Shown: positions 51,701-64,000 of the stretch, in pieces
Numbering within the stretch: the stretch's first letter is position 1
How the letters are laid out: every line of letters starts with the position of its first letter
Source of the DNA: Saccostrea cucullata
Lineage: Eukaryota
Length of the DNA stretch: 64,000 nucleotides
Assembly: GCF_032062105.1 (NCBI RefSeq)
Contig: NW_026935947.1
Location: 310,001 to 374,000 of the forward strand
Direction of reading: 5' to 3'
The notes under the pieces: generated by a model
Told to the model about the DNA's origin: nothing
Seen by the model: only the letters and a program-made list of their open reading frames with translations
Databases searched by the model: none
Translations under genes and position numbers: made by a program

Positions 51701-54700
51701 TAGGGCTTATTATAACTTGGGAATGGACTTACTCCTCAAACTTTAACTGGGACACTGATGCTAAGGCTGACACCCATGCTAGGGGTATTGCATAAGCTCA
51801 TTCTGACTTTGTTGAGGTGAGCTATTCTTGAAAGGGGCATTAAACAAAAAAAAAGTTTTCTATGATAAAAATTACATTTCATTGTTGTAAATAAGTCCCA
51901 TTCCAGACTATTGGTGAAATTATTCTATACTGGAAATTAATCACCTTGTACTGTCTGAGGGGTTGTTTCCTGCCAGCAGAGATAATATGGTGGATTTTCC
52001 AGAACCCTGAAGTCCAAGAACTCCTACCACAAAGAAATCTGTTTGATCCAGTAAAACCTATAACAGAGATACAACAGAGTTACCAATTTACCAGTGAAGT
52101 AAAACATACAACAGAGTGAGATAAATCTTCAAAAGAGAGATTAAACCTACAACAGAGTGAGATAAAACTTACAACAGATTGAAATAAAACCTACAACAGA
52201 GTGAAGTAAAACCTATAAAAGAGTGAGATAAACCTACAACAGATTGAAATAAAACCTATAGACCTTAAATAGAGTGGGATAAAACCTACAACAGAGATAA
52301 AATCTATAACAGAGTGAGTTAAACCTACAATAGATTGAAATAAAACTTAAACAGAGTAAGATAAAATCTAACACAGAGTGAGGTAAATCCTAAAGTGAGA
52401 TAAAACCTACAAAAGAGTGAGATAAAATCTACAACTGAGTTAGATAAAACCTACAAAGGAGTGAAGTAAATTCTACAACAGAGTGAGATAAAACCTACAA
52501 CAGAGTGAAATAAAACAACAGAGATAAAACCTACAACAGAGTTAGATAAAACTTACAACAGAGTTAGATAAAACTTACAACAGAGTGAGGTAAATTCTAC
52601 AACAGAGTGAGAAAAAACCTACAATAGAGTGAGATAAAACCTACAACAGAGTGAGATAAAACCTACAACTGAGTTAGATAAAACCTGCAACAGTTCGATA
52701 AAACCTACAACAGAGTTAGATAAAACCTACAACATACAACAGAGTTAGATAAATCCTACAACAGAGGGAAGTAAATTCTACAACAGAGTGACATAAACCT
52801 ACAACAGAGTGAGATAAAACCTACAACAGAGTGAAGTAAATTCTACAACAGAGTGAGATAAAACCTACAACAGAGTGAGATAAAACCTACAACAGAGTGA
52901 AGTAAAAACTACAACAGATTAGATAAAACTTAGAAAAGAGTGAAGTAAATTCTACAACAAAGTGAGGTTAAATCTACAACTGAGTTTGATAAAACCTACA
53001 AAAGAGTGAAGTAAATTCTACAACAGAGTGAGATAAAACCTACAACAGAGTGAGATAAAACCTACAACAGAGTGAAATAAAGCTTACTACAGAGTGAGAT
53101 AAAACCTACAACAGAGTGAAATAAAGCTTACTACAGAGTGAGATAAAACCTACAACAGAGTGAGATAAAGCTTACTACAGAGTGAGATAAAACCTACAAT
53201 AGAGTTAGATAAAACCTACAACAGAGTGACGTAAAATCTACAACTGAGTTAGATAAAATGATGTCCAAGAACTCCTACCACAAAGAAATCTGTTTGATCC
53301 AGTAAAACCTATAACAGAGATACAACAGAGTTACCAATTTACCAGTGAAGTAAAACATACAACAGAGTGAGATAAATCTTCAAAAGATGAGATTAAACCT
53401 ACAACAGAGTGAGATAAAACTTACAACAGATTGAAATAAAACCTACAACAGAGTGAAGTAAAACCTATAAAAGAGTGAGATAAACCTACAACAGATTGAA
53501 ATAAAACCTATAGACCTTAAATAGAGTGGGATAAAACCTACAACAGAGATAAAATCTATAACAGAGTGAGTTAAACCTACAATAGATTGAAATAAAACTT
53601 AAACAGAGTAAGATAAAATCTAACACAGAGTGAGGTAAATCCTAAAGTGAGATAAAACCTACAAAAGAGTGAGATAAAATCTACAACTGAGTTAGATAAA
53701 ACCTACAAAGGAGTGAAGTAAATTCTACAACAGAGTGAGATAAAACCTACAACAGAGTGAAATAAAACAACAGAGATAAAACCTACAACAGAGTTAGATA
53801 AAACTTACAACAGAGTTAGATAAAACCTACAACAGAGTGAGGTAAATTCTACAACAGAGTGAGAAAAAACCTACAATAGAGTGAGATAAAACCTACAACA
53901 GAGTGAGATAAATCCTACAACTGAGTTAGATAAAACCTGCAACAGTTCGATAAAACCTACAACAGAGTTAGATAAAACCTACAACATACAACAGAGTTAG
54001 ATAAATCCTACAACAGAGGGGAGTAAATTCTACAACAGAGTGACATAAACCTACAACAGAGTGAGATAAAACCTACAACAGAGTGAAGTAAATTCTACAA
54101 CAGAGTGAGATAAAACCTACAACAGAGTGAGATAAAACCTACAACAGAGTGAAGTAAAAACTACAACAGAGTTAGATAAAACTTAGAAAAGAGTGAAGTA
54201 AATTCTACAACAAAGTGAGGTTAAATCTACAACTGAGTTTGATAAAACCTACAAAAGAGTGAAGTAAATTCTACAACAGAGTGAGATAAAACCTACAACA
54301 GAGTGAGATAAAACCTACAACAGAGTGAAATAAAGCTTACTACAGAGTGAGATAAAACCTACAACAGAGTGAAATAAAGCTTACTACAGAGTGAGATAAA
54401 ACCTACAACAGAGTGAGATAAAGCTTACTACAGAGTGAGATAAAACCTACATTAGAGTTAGATAAAACCTACAACAGAGTGACGTAAAATCTACAACTGA
54501 GTTAGATAAAACCTACAAAAGAGTGAAGTAAATTCTACAACAGAGTGAGATAAAACCTACAACAGAGTGAGATAAAACCTACAACAGAGTGAAATAAAGC
54601 TTACTACAGAGTGAGATAAAACCTACAACAGAGTGAAATAAAGCTTACTACAGAGTGAGATAAAACCTACAACAGAGTGAAATAAAGCTTACTACAGAGT

Positions 54701-57359
54701 GAGATAAAACCTAAAACAGAGTGAGATAAAACCTTAAACAGAGTGAGATAAAACCTACAATAGAGTGAGATAAAACCTACAACAGATTGAGGTAAAATCT
54801 ACAACTGAGTTAGATAAAACCTACAACTGAGTTAGAAAAAACCTACAACTGAGTTAGATAAAACCTACAACAGAGTTAGATAAAACCTACAAAAGAGTGA
54901 AGTAAATTCTACAAGAGTGAGATAAAACCTACAATAGAGTGAGATGAAACCTACAACAGAGTTAGATAAAACCTACAACAGAGTGAGATAAAACCTACAA
55001 CAGAGATAGGTAAAATCTACAACTGAGTTAGATAAAACCTACAAAAGAGTGAAGTAAATTCTACAAGAGTGAGATAAAACCTACAACAGAGTGAGGTGAA
55101 ATCTACAACTGAGATAAAACCTACAAAAGAGTGAAGTAAAATCTACAATAGAGTGAGATAAAACCTACAATAGAGTGAGGTAAAATCTACAACAGACTGA
55201 GATAAAACCTACATCAAACTGAGATAAAACTTACAACTCAATCAAGTAAGACCTACAAAAGAATGAACTAAAACCTACATCAGAACAAAATAAAACCTAC
55301 AACAGAAAGAAGATAAACCTACAATAGATTGAAATAAAACCTACACCAGAATAAAGTAAAACCTACAACAGAATGGACTAAAGCCTACAACAACAGAATG
55401 AAGTGAATCCTACAACAAAATAAAGTAAAATCTGAAACAAAATAACATAAAATCCCCAGCAGAGTAAAGTAAAACCTTCTTGCACAACTCACTTAAGATA
55501 GACACTTAACATCACTGATAAATTTTATGGCCTGAAAATCTCCATCATTTGGTAATATATTGGCACATATCATGTGATCAAAATAAATCTTGTTAAGATT
55601 GAGATATTGACAAAAAGATTCTAACTTCCATTCCTGCGTCGCTCCATTGATGACAGTCGTCTACAATCCTTATGCTTTGGTTCATTTCAAGGGGAGCAGA
55701 GAGTCGACTGGATCCTACAATAATATAAGTACACAGTTAAAGTTAATTTGAAGGAAGCTCTAAATATTAACAAAAAGTGGTTGAAAAGTTGAAAACATCA
55801 CAGACTGAAGTCCTTAATAATACTATTTACAATGTATATCAGTAATTTCTCTTTTAAATCAACTGCAAAGGCTAAGGGTCCTAGGTTTGTGAACCAATCT
55901 CCATGTCCTTTACAAAAATTACTTTGTAAAAAGAGATGTTTGTAAAACACTTATGCCCCCCTCCCCAAAATAATTAGATTTTTTTAAGTCCAAGGGGTAT
56001 ACTGTAAAATCACATATTTTCGTGGGGTCAAATTTTCGTGGTTTGAGGAAAAAATGTTGGTTCGTGGGGATTTGATTTCGTGGATGAAGAACTTTTTAGT
56101 AGTTGTGCATATGCAAATTTACATTTCGTGGTGGACATAAATTCGTGGGTATCTTCATACCACGAAAACTAAACCCTCACGAAAATTAGTGATTTCACAG
56201 TAACTTTCTCAGAAAGGGCTCGATCGTACCCAAATCAGAACTTGACCTCGATATTCATTTGATAAAATATGTATACTAAATTTCATTTTAGTATGTACAA
56301 TGGTTGTGAAGAAAATGAACAGAAATTTATGATTTCTAAGGTGCATTTATATTAGTTGAAGTGATTAAGGAAAACACTATTCTATGGTATATGTTCATAT
56401 TAAAAGAATTGACACAAAAACATTCGACAGATTTTACCATCCGTCTGGACGATTCCTGCAGGAATTCGGTGCGAGGCTGAGGGGATCTGAGATGGAGTAG
56501 TTTCCCCTGATGGTACAGAAGCTGAGCTTGATGGGAATGTCTCATCTCTTGGTCTTATCGCCATGACAACAGGCTTGTCTGGCTTGTTTGTAGACGAAGT
56601 TGAAGATGGGCTCGTACTAAGAGTGCTTCCACCCTTAAAAAATGCATTAAAATCAGGTAAACTGAACATTCTAAGTGTAGAAGTAACTTTTTTAAATTGG
56701 TATTAAAATTGGTTAATAAACAGAGACATAAATAGCAGTGATGTTCAGATGTTCAGAACTTCAGGATAATAAATATACTGGTATGTTGCTGATCCTATTG
56801 CATTGTACATGCATTTTTGAATTCATGCACTATATGTTCTTGCAAGAATATCTACAAAAGTTTAAACAAAAATAAACTTGCTTTGATTTAATTGAAATAT
56901 TACAGATAAAAACGTTCTTCATTTAAAGTCGGCACATTTCAGGCTTCATGCAGTTAATGCAACTAACACAATGTCATGTGACGTCAGAGTCTAGACACAC
57001 CATATATGTCATGTGCGGTTTGACGTGCCTGATCAAAATTAAAGTTGAATAAGTATCTGGGCTATCCCTAACGGTTGCTCTTTCAACATATTATGTGAAT
57101 TGCCATAAAAAATATTCAAACCGAGTCCAGAGCAGCAGGTTTGGCCAAAATGATAGTTGGCTTTGATGACTGGTAATCTCCATCATATGCCTCCCTTTCA
57201 ATCTGAAATAGAACACATAAATCTTAACTTTATAGCAGGGTTCATTAATTTTATGTCTTGTGATAAGTGATTATTAACCTTTCTATTGCCACTGTTTGGA
57301 CCACCGCCCCTTCTCCTGGGTCTCCTTCTACCTCGATCTCCTCTTTCTGGGTCAGACAT
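45737..57359 (-). CDS. SMG9: Nonsense-mediated mRNA decay factor SMG9 (spliced; penultimate exon looks corrupted in this sequence)
   Basis: Exons 57359-57279, 57202-57122, 56633-56438, 55714-55626, 52057-51945, 51477-51366, 51158-51063, 50816-50731, 50470-50370, 48613-48506, 48422-48312, [~47700-47579 damaged], 45815-45737. Motifs: LLDQTDFFVVGVLGLQGSGKSTILSLLAGN (P-loop), IFLDSQPIMSPSVLD, SVCHIILVVQDWFTDINLIRFLQTAEMLKP, WFHYAARTFEAVKKSQLMAEYNRLL. Confidence 0.93.
45877..47117 (+). mobile_element. Degenerate HINE-like element with internal tandem repeats
   Basis: GAGGCCCAAGGGCCTT 5' motif; recurring CAGATCCAGCATC...CAAGTTTGGT units. Confidence 0.5.
48086..48301. mobile_element. Tc1/mariner-type MITE, 10 bp from an SMG9 splice donor
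   Basis: TIR CTGTAAACCAACTTTTATTCGCG / CGCGAATAAAAGTTGGTTTACAG, TA flanks. Confidence 0.85.
48765..50212 (+). mobile_element. HINE-like element with degenerate tandem units
   Basis: AACAAGAGGCCCACAGGCC start, repeated CATTTTCACTAT...CACCAGAAC units, CTCAGGTGACCTAAAA end. Confidence 0.55.
52050..55480. repeat. 22-bp minisatellite (GAGTGAGATAAAACCTACAACA)n in an SMG9 intron
   Basis: About 3.4 kb of tandem units, including a 1251-bp-offset block duplication. Confidence 0.95.
56002..56200. mobile_element. Tc1/mariner-type MITE
   Basis: CTGTAAAATCAC...GTGATTTCACAG termini, TA flanks, internal TTCGTGG motifs. Confidence 0.75.
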
Positions 57360-58288
57360 TATCCTGTTTTAACGGCAATTCTTTAAGTCAATCAAATTAT
57401 TTCTGATACCACGCTATTTAAATTTAAAGGACGTCTTCTGGCTCAGTGACTGGCGTCTGGCCACTGGCCTACTTTCATTTAACAAATTTGAGTATTCCGA
57501 ACCCGACACATTTAAATATGATAAATGGGTTTGACTTTCTCATTAAGATGCACATCTCTTATTTTATCCACTCCATTTTCGGAAGAAGTTGCACAAAAAT
57601 ACTCTTTCGACTGAAAAATATTTCGTAATAAGTAAAATTAAATATAAATAATTTTAAAAATAAGAATCTGCTATCTAGAACAGTTTGAGTATTTCAAATG
57701 TTCTGCAATAATAATAACCGCCTCCCCCTCTTTCGTAGCGTTTTTCTTTATCATAAATGTTTTTGACGGACACAAGCTACTATTTAGTGGATATTACTAA
57801 AAAAAAAATTGTTTTATTCTATTTCTTTTTGAAAAAATGTTTTTATTACCATACTAAATTACTGTTACAAAACTTTTATAAAAAGATTTTAAATAAATTT
57901 TGTTTCATTTTATTGCAATTTTCATTACGATGTTTCATAGTTTTACGACCAAATCTCTAATAAACAAATGCTCTATAAATAAATGATCATACATAAATGA
58001 TGATGATCCGTTATTTTTCCCCTTCTACCCGGCAAAATTGCTTGCGATTGCTTGAGAGTTGAAATACAAATACCGCAATATGCATATTTATTTCCTATCT
58101 AGCTTGTAACACGAGCTTTGATTGGTTACAAAGTCGGGTGTAAATATCCGTGCACCCGACTTGAGCCGGGTGTAAATAAAACGTGACGTCACAATGCATA
58201 CATTCTCTATGATAAATATCTTATCGATAGATTGAGACACACTTTGATGTTTACAAAGCATTCTTATGGATACAAAGGAAATAAATTC

Positions 58289-58425
58289 GTTATCCAGGTT
58301 CAATCAAGGGTGTACGGGGATTTACCCCGGGTTGTATTCCATACACCCTTCGGCCTGCGGCCTCAGGGTGTATGGAATACAACCCGGGGTAAATCCCCGT
58401 ACACCCTTGATTGAACCTGGATAAC
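58289..58425. repeat. Perfect 61-bp-arm hairpin
   Basis: 58289-58349 is the exact reverse complement of 58365-58425; 15-nt loop TCGGCCTGCGGCCTC. Confidence 0.95.
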
Positions 58426-58774
58426 TAATATTATATCCCTGCTTGAAAAGTGGGAGGTATATAATAATCGGGATGTCCGTCCGTCTGCAGGCACGTAGCA
58501 TCGATTTTGAAAGGGGGGGGGGCAGCCACAGAAATTTTTTTTTTACTTACCTTAAAAATTTTAAAAGCAAAAAAAAAAAAAAAATAAATAAATAAATAAA
58601 AATCCTATTTCGTGGGGGTTGGGGGGGGGGTTGGGGGTTGGGGGTTGGATTGAGGCAAACTTTTTTCACTACCAACTCCTTTCAATATCCATTTTTTAAG
58701 CTTACAATACCATATTTCCTTTATATTACTTAATTTAAGTATAAAGTGGGGGGGGGGGGGGGGGGCAACCAGCC

Positions 58775-59062
58775 TTTCTATAGTTTACAAACCGTAAACT
58801 ATAGTTAACGATCTGATAAATATAGTTTCACGATTTGTGAAACTATGATTAACAACTCTTACCTATAGTTTACGATTGTAAACTATAGTTTACAAACGTG
58901 AATCTATGTTTATCAACAAAATCTATTGTTAACGCTTATTACAGACAGATAAACTTAGATTATCATTCGTAAACTATAGTTAACAACCGTTAAATATAGT
59001 TTTACAGATGAAAACTATACTTAACGAATCGTTAACTATAGTTTACGATTTGTAAACTAGCT
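58775..59062. repeat. Degenerate AACTATAGTT tandem/inverted repeat
   Basis: Repeated palindromic AACTATAGTT cores about every 21 bp. Confidence 0.7.
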
Positions 59063-59087
59063 AGTTTATCTGCTAGCAACATCATCA

Positions 59088-59880
59088 CTAAGCACTGATG
59101 TTGCTAGCAGATGCATTTGAAGCTTCTCTCTCCGATTCTAACCATAAAGATTCAACTTCCGAATCAGTATCAGTGTTGCAATCATCTGAGGCGTACTCTG
59201 CGGTGTCATCAGACGAAAAGGAGAGATCTTTAGTCACTTTCTCCTCTACATTACCTATGCCTACAAGTTGAATTTCATTTGAGAAAATCATTCCCTCCGA
59301 AACACTTTTCTCGATTGCATTCTTCTCCACACTGCCAATGTCTACAGATTCAATTTCATTGAAGAAAATTCTTCCCTCTGAAACACTTTCGATCACATTC
59401 TTTCCCACGCAGTCAATTTCTATAGATACAATTTCATCGAAGAAAACCGTACCCTCTGAAACAAGGGCCCGGACATTTTCAGGGGCACCAATGGCATCAA
59501 ATGGCGATGCAATGGATACATTATCAGATATGAAATTTTGTACTTTCTGAACCATTGTGTCCTGTAATTAATAAATTGATAATTTAAAAACGTTACAAAG
59601 ACAACTCTTAAATTTCTTTTAAGAGCGATGGTAACACTTTAGATATCGAGAAAATAAATGAATTTGTAACTACGTAAAGTTTTCCGTAATTAATGTGAGG
59701 TTTTTCTGTTTGGATCAGGCCGTTATATACATGTATAACTATTCCCTTTAATTAAAGTTACAAAAATTCAGTATACACGCATAATATCCTAAAATATTGA
59801 TAAAAACTTACCTTCACAACACTCTTCTTTCTGTAGAAAACTACAACAATTATTTGCAGGACAATCCAACCGACAACAAC
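59088..59880 (-). CDS. 3' exons of an uncharacterised putative single-pass membrane protein with three acidic 26-27 aa repeats
   Basis: Exon 59880-59812 (VVVGWIVLQIIVVVFYRKKSVVK) splices in phase 0 to 59561-59088 (VSEGxxFxxEI repeats, acidic tail); upstream exons not found. Confidence 0.55.
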
Positions 59881-60714
59881 CTGAAACAAAGCCACGATTT
59901 GGAAAATTCATATATTAAATAGTATATGGTGTAACTGCCACAGAAATTGTAAAAATTGATATTTTTGTAAGTTTTCTATAGAAAATTTATTTCTTTTAAT
60001 ATATACACTCTCGACAATAAGTATAAGAATATGTAAAATACGTTTTCGGTGAGATGTATGCTGAAAAAAGATACATGTACATGTATATAAGCTCTAGAAC
60101 CTTCTCTACACTGCACACAAAAGAGTTCTGATTCAATGGTATTTTTCAGCAGTTAGTGTGATCTGCCCTTAGATCTCAATATAGACAAGCTAATTCAGAG
60201 AATTTGGGGTTCGGATCCCTCTGACTGAATTTGTAGAATTATTAAATGCATACATGTATACTGAAACGAATAAAATATGCCAATATGGATATAAAGATCT
60301 GATTGCTTATTCTTTGTTATGTGTATAGAAGATCCTTTTTTATATGGAATATTTATCACACTGTAATGATGATTTTATGAGTTTGTACAAGCCAGACCTC
60401 ATAAATTTTTCATTTCAGATGCTGAATATTATCATTTAGTAAAAAAAAAAAAATCGGGAAAAAATAAGAAAAAGGAACGCCTGAGAATCGAAATCGAGAC
60501 CTCTCACACAAGAAGCGAGAGACATACCACTTGACCACGGAATCGCTTCCAATACTGTAAGAGATTATATGCAAATATGAAGTCACATATATGTATATTC
60601 ACGTTCGATATTGTCAAAATTTTACACAATGCATGGTGTCTAATTTAGCCTTTATTAAACAGTTCTAATAGATGTAATAAGAATATAAAGTCCGCGGAGA
60701 ACCTGTTTTATACG

Positions 60715-61078
60715 TTATATTTACATCCACTGAATATTTTCTTCTTTATTTCTTAAGAAAACCCATTGCGTTCATCCCTGCATAAACTACATTAGGCATA
60801 TCACCTGTACAGATTTCTTGATCAGTGGCCGTTCCATCAAAGAAACGTACAAAGACGTTCGCATCATTAACACAATAATAAATATTTATAGTCCTACTTA
60901 AAATGATAATTTAAACAGATATAAATATAAACAATAAAATGTCTTTCTTTGTTTGTTGTTACTGGAATGAACGGTCGCAGCTATTGCAGAAAAAATTTAC
61001 ATAACCCGCTTACTGCAACAGCTGCTTCCGTTCATTCTAGTAACAACAAACAAAGAAAGCATTTTATTGTTTAAATAA
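60715..61078. mobile_element. Palindromic interspersed repeat, inverted copy of 21757-22155
   Basis: Reverse-complement similarity (ACAGATTTCTTGATCAGTGGC, AAACAATAAAATG...CATTTTATTGTTT). Confidence 0.65.
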
Positions 61079-61139
61079 CTCTTCTCATACCCCTGTGCTA
61101 AAAATAGCGACATGTAATACATGTACAATAAATACTAAT

Positions 61140-61640
61140 GAAACAAACGGAGCGGGGCACTTTGAGAGGGATGAGAGAAGTCCAAGGGAGTTTTGGTATA
61201 AATTTACATTGCAAAAGCTCAAAATCTTATTGAAATATTGCCCGAAAACGATAGTGTTACATAAAGACAGAATGTATAAATTTACGACTTTGAACTTTGA
61301 CCTTTTGACCTCAAAATCAAGAAGGGTCTTCCTTATGCCACAGGGAGTTGTTATGTAAAATTTCATTGCAAAAGCTCAAAGGGTTCTCGAGATATGGCGC
61401 GGAAACGAAATTGTTATAACAGACAGAATTTGCGAATTTATGACCTTGACCTTTTGACCTCAAAATCATTAGGGTTCTTCTTTAGTCCATAGGGAGTTGC
61501 TATGCAAAATTTCATTGCGAAAGCTCAAAGGGTTCTGGAGATATCGTGGAAACAAAAGCGTTACAGACAGACAGAAAGACGGACGAACGGACGGACAGAC
61601 CCAAATTTATTTCCCCCACTTTTCAAGCGGGGACAAAAAT
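61140..61640 (+). mobile_element. HINE-like element
   Basis: Tandem TGACCTTTTGACCTCAAAATCA units, (ACAG/ACGG)n, terminal hairpin. Confidence 0.6.
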
Positions 61641-61669
61641 AATTTTATAGTACATGTATTATTTAGCTA

Positions 61670-62118
61670 TAGTAGTTTTAGATAAGCCAGAATTTAGCAA
61701 TAGTTATTTCCCGTTGGCCGCCATATTGGGGGTCCAAATACTCTTATTCTTTCATTGTTCAAACAATTTTAAAGCAATATGAGCTGCAAATTGGACGTGG
61801 GAAAATTTTGTTGGAAATTTGTGATTAACTATTTCAATTACAGAAAAAAAAATTTATAAACTTCTCTGGTTCATATCAGCTCATATTGCTTTAAATTTTT
61901 AAATTTGCTATTTTGAATTAGAAATTTTTATTTTTCAGAGGTATATAAATTTTAAAAGCCCCTTAATTAAAAAAAATTTAAATAAATATTTTCCAACAAA
62001 TATTTCTGCTACATCCTCTTAAACTTGGTGAGACAAAGGGAAGAAAAAGACAATCACAATGTGGCGGCCAACGAGAAGTAACTCTTGCTAAATTCAGGCC
62101 TATCAAAAACTATCTATC
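61670..62118. mobile_element. MITE with ~55-bp imperfect TIRs
   Basis: GATAAGCCAGAATTTAGCAA...GTTGGCCGCCA versus TGGCGGCCAAC...TTGCTAAATTCAGGCCTATC. Confidence 0.55.
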
Positions 62119-62911
62119 TTACTAAAGAAGATGGGGGATAAGGCGGGCGAAGTGCCTATAGTGCGACAGATAAGAAGTGAGAAATTAAATCTCAATTATA
62201 TCTAAATTTTATTTGATATTTTATCTCGTATTAAAATATACTTAATGTAAAATCTCTACAATTTACAAAAATCTCACAAAGACTGAAAATATTTGCCTAT
62301 GAAAAAGCATATACACACTGAAAGAACAAAATCGATTGTTTTCTCATACTTGAACAATATTTTTCAATATGAGTGGGTCTTCGCTCCATGTTTTATGAAA
62401 GATTATCCTAAAGGTTTGCAATAGAATATACAATTTTTGGTTTACAAAAACATGGAGCGAAGACCCACTATACCTCAAAAGTACACTTTTATGACCGAAC
62501 ATTGGCATATTTCTGAGAAATACTTTAAGTCCATTAAGTCAAAGGTCATATCACAAACCTGAATTAAATGCCCAATATCATCATGAGCCATGTAGCATAG
62601 TGGTTAGCGCGTAGTCTCAATCTCAAGGCAGTAAGATTCGTCGGATTTTTATTGCTAGGGGGTTCGAATCCCAAGAAACCAACTAGTATTTTTATAAAAG
62701 ACAATTTTTTAACGATTTTTTTTCTCTTAGAAAAGGTATTTTTCTAATAATTCATAAATTTCAATAATGAGAAGTTAATTTAAATACTCAATTCACATAT
62801 TGAACATGATTTCTTAATATCTGACGCTATAGGCACTCTGCCCGTCTTGTTCCCACATCTTCTTTGTAATCCATTCAAGAATTCTTAAAATTTTAAAAGG
62901 CCCAAATAAGT

Positions 62912-63456
62912 CATCTTCGCTAGCCAAGGGTTTCTGATACGCTACTCTCCTCATAAACCCTTGGCCTACGGTGTTCATAGAAATCGGGATTTTTTTCCAG
63001 AGTTCTGATTGGATTTCAGTACACCCAGGTCGACCAATCAGCAATTGTTATTTGTAAATGACGATATTTGCGTTCGGGATACATCTTCACTCTTTAATCT
63101 CGGAAATGAAAAACGCAAGAAAACAACGATCCGTAAGATAACAGTCAATTCTATGAATAGCCATGGTGTCATCCAATATCTTCTAAATATGTGATTAAGA
63201 ATCTATATTGAAGCTTCAGATTTGTTCTATAAATAATGAATAAACATAACTCAATTATTGCTTCTTAATTATTCTGGAAAAAACTTTGATTTAATTTTTT
63301 TTAACACGTGTCTTTATTTCTGGCGATGACGCAATCTGTGCGTACCTGATAGTTTCGAGATCACGTGACGGAAAACAATCCCGTCTTTTCACTTCACCGT
63401 AGGCCAAGGGTTTATGAGGAGAAAAGCGTATCAGAAACCCTTGGCTAGCGAAGATG
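62912..63456. mobile_element. Non-autonomous TIR element with 9-bp TSD (Mutator-like)
   Basis: ~62-bp TIRs CATCTTCGCTAGCCAAGGG...; TSD CAAATAAGT at 62903-62911 and 63457-63465. Confidence 0.85.
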
Positions 63457-64000
63457 CAAATAAGTTAAATTAAATAATCATACAAGTGATTTCTATTCAC
63501 TTATATATTGTGTTTGAATATTTTTCCTTGGGGTAAATACCGCATACCATACAGTAAAAATTAAATACCGGGGGTAAATAAACCGAATATTAACACTTCA
63601 AAAAATTTTTTTCAGTGTCAAAAAACATTTTGCACTGGTGTAGAAAAGTCCTTAAAACAACATATCGGAATAAAATACAGGAACCATATATACCAGTATA
63701 ACTCCATAGGACGTTGGACACACAGGTTCGGGGACTTTTTGCAAACCAAGAGTTTGAAGAATTGTCTCCAGGAATGATGGATCGGGTTCACGACTAAAAT
63801 GGAAAATCACCGATGAGTTAACATTTATTTCCCTTACCTAATTTCTAAGAAATCAAACATTAAGACACGTTTTGAAAAGATCTATTATTATTTTCAAATT
63901 TATTGTTCATTCTTAAACTTTAGACAAGCAGATATTTACCAGTATTATGTAATCCGCAAGTTTACAAGTGGTAACACTGGTCAAGAGAGCATCCATTCCA

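Noticed and set aside
62588-62680. tRNA-like sequence with A/B boxes (another degenerate one at about 60475-60542, minus strand)
   Set aside because: No consistent cloverleaf or acceptor stem; probably SINE or transposon-borne relics

Overview
AT-rich, repeat-dense eukaryotic DNA, most likely from a bivalve mollusc (oyster-like repeat landscape; this is inference). It holds two recognisable host genes on the minus strand. One is cytospin-A/SPECC1L-like (CDS about 3072-7604). The other is the NMD factor SMG9 (about 45737-57359). Between them lies an unrecognised plus-strand gene made entirely of short phase-0 exons, with triplicated promoter/first-exon units and four Trp/Arg-rich repeats. A fragment of another minus-strand gene (hydrophobic helix plus acidic repeats) sits near 59.1-59.9 kb. 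The top finding is a very young 2.8 kb BEL/Pao-type LTR retroelement (8864-11689; 205-bp LTRs with 1 mismatch, 5-bp TSD, tRNA-His PBS). It has no pol. Its single ORF is Gag fused in frame to what looks like an intronless captured fragment of the host ciliary/flagellar gene CFAP58. Other notable elements: a 9.6 kb Ginger1-type element (CCGG TSD, with an empty site in a paralogous copy) carrying a TIR-derived satellite and a nested CAC...GTG element with a 5-bp TSD and ~560-bp TIRs; and a 22-bp minisatellite in SMG9 that appears to be an amplified copy of the gene's own 3' splice site. All protein-family calls come from recalled motifs; no searches were run.
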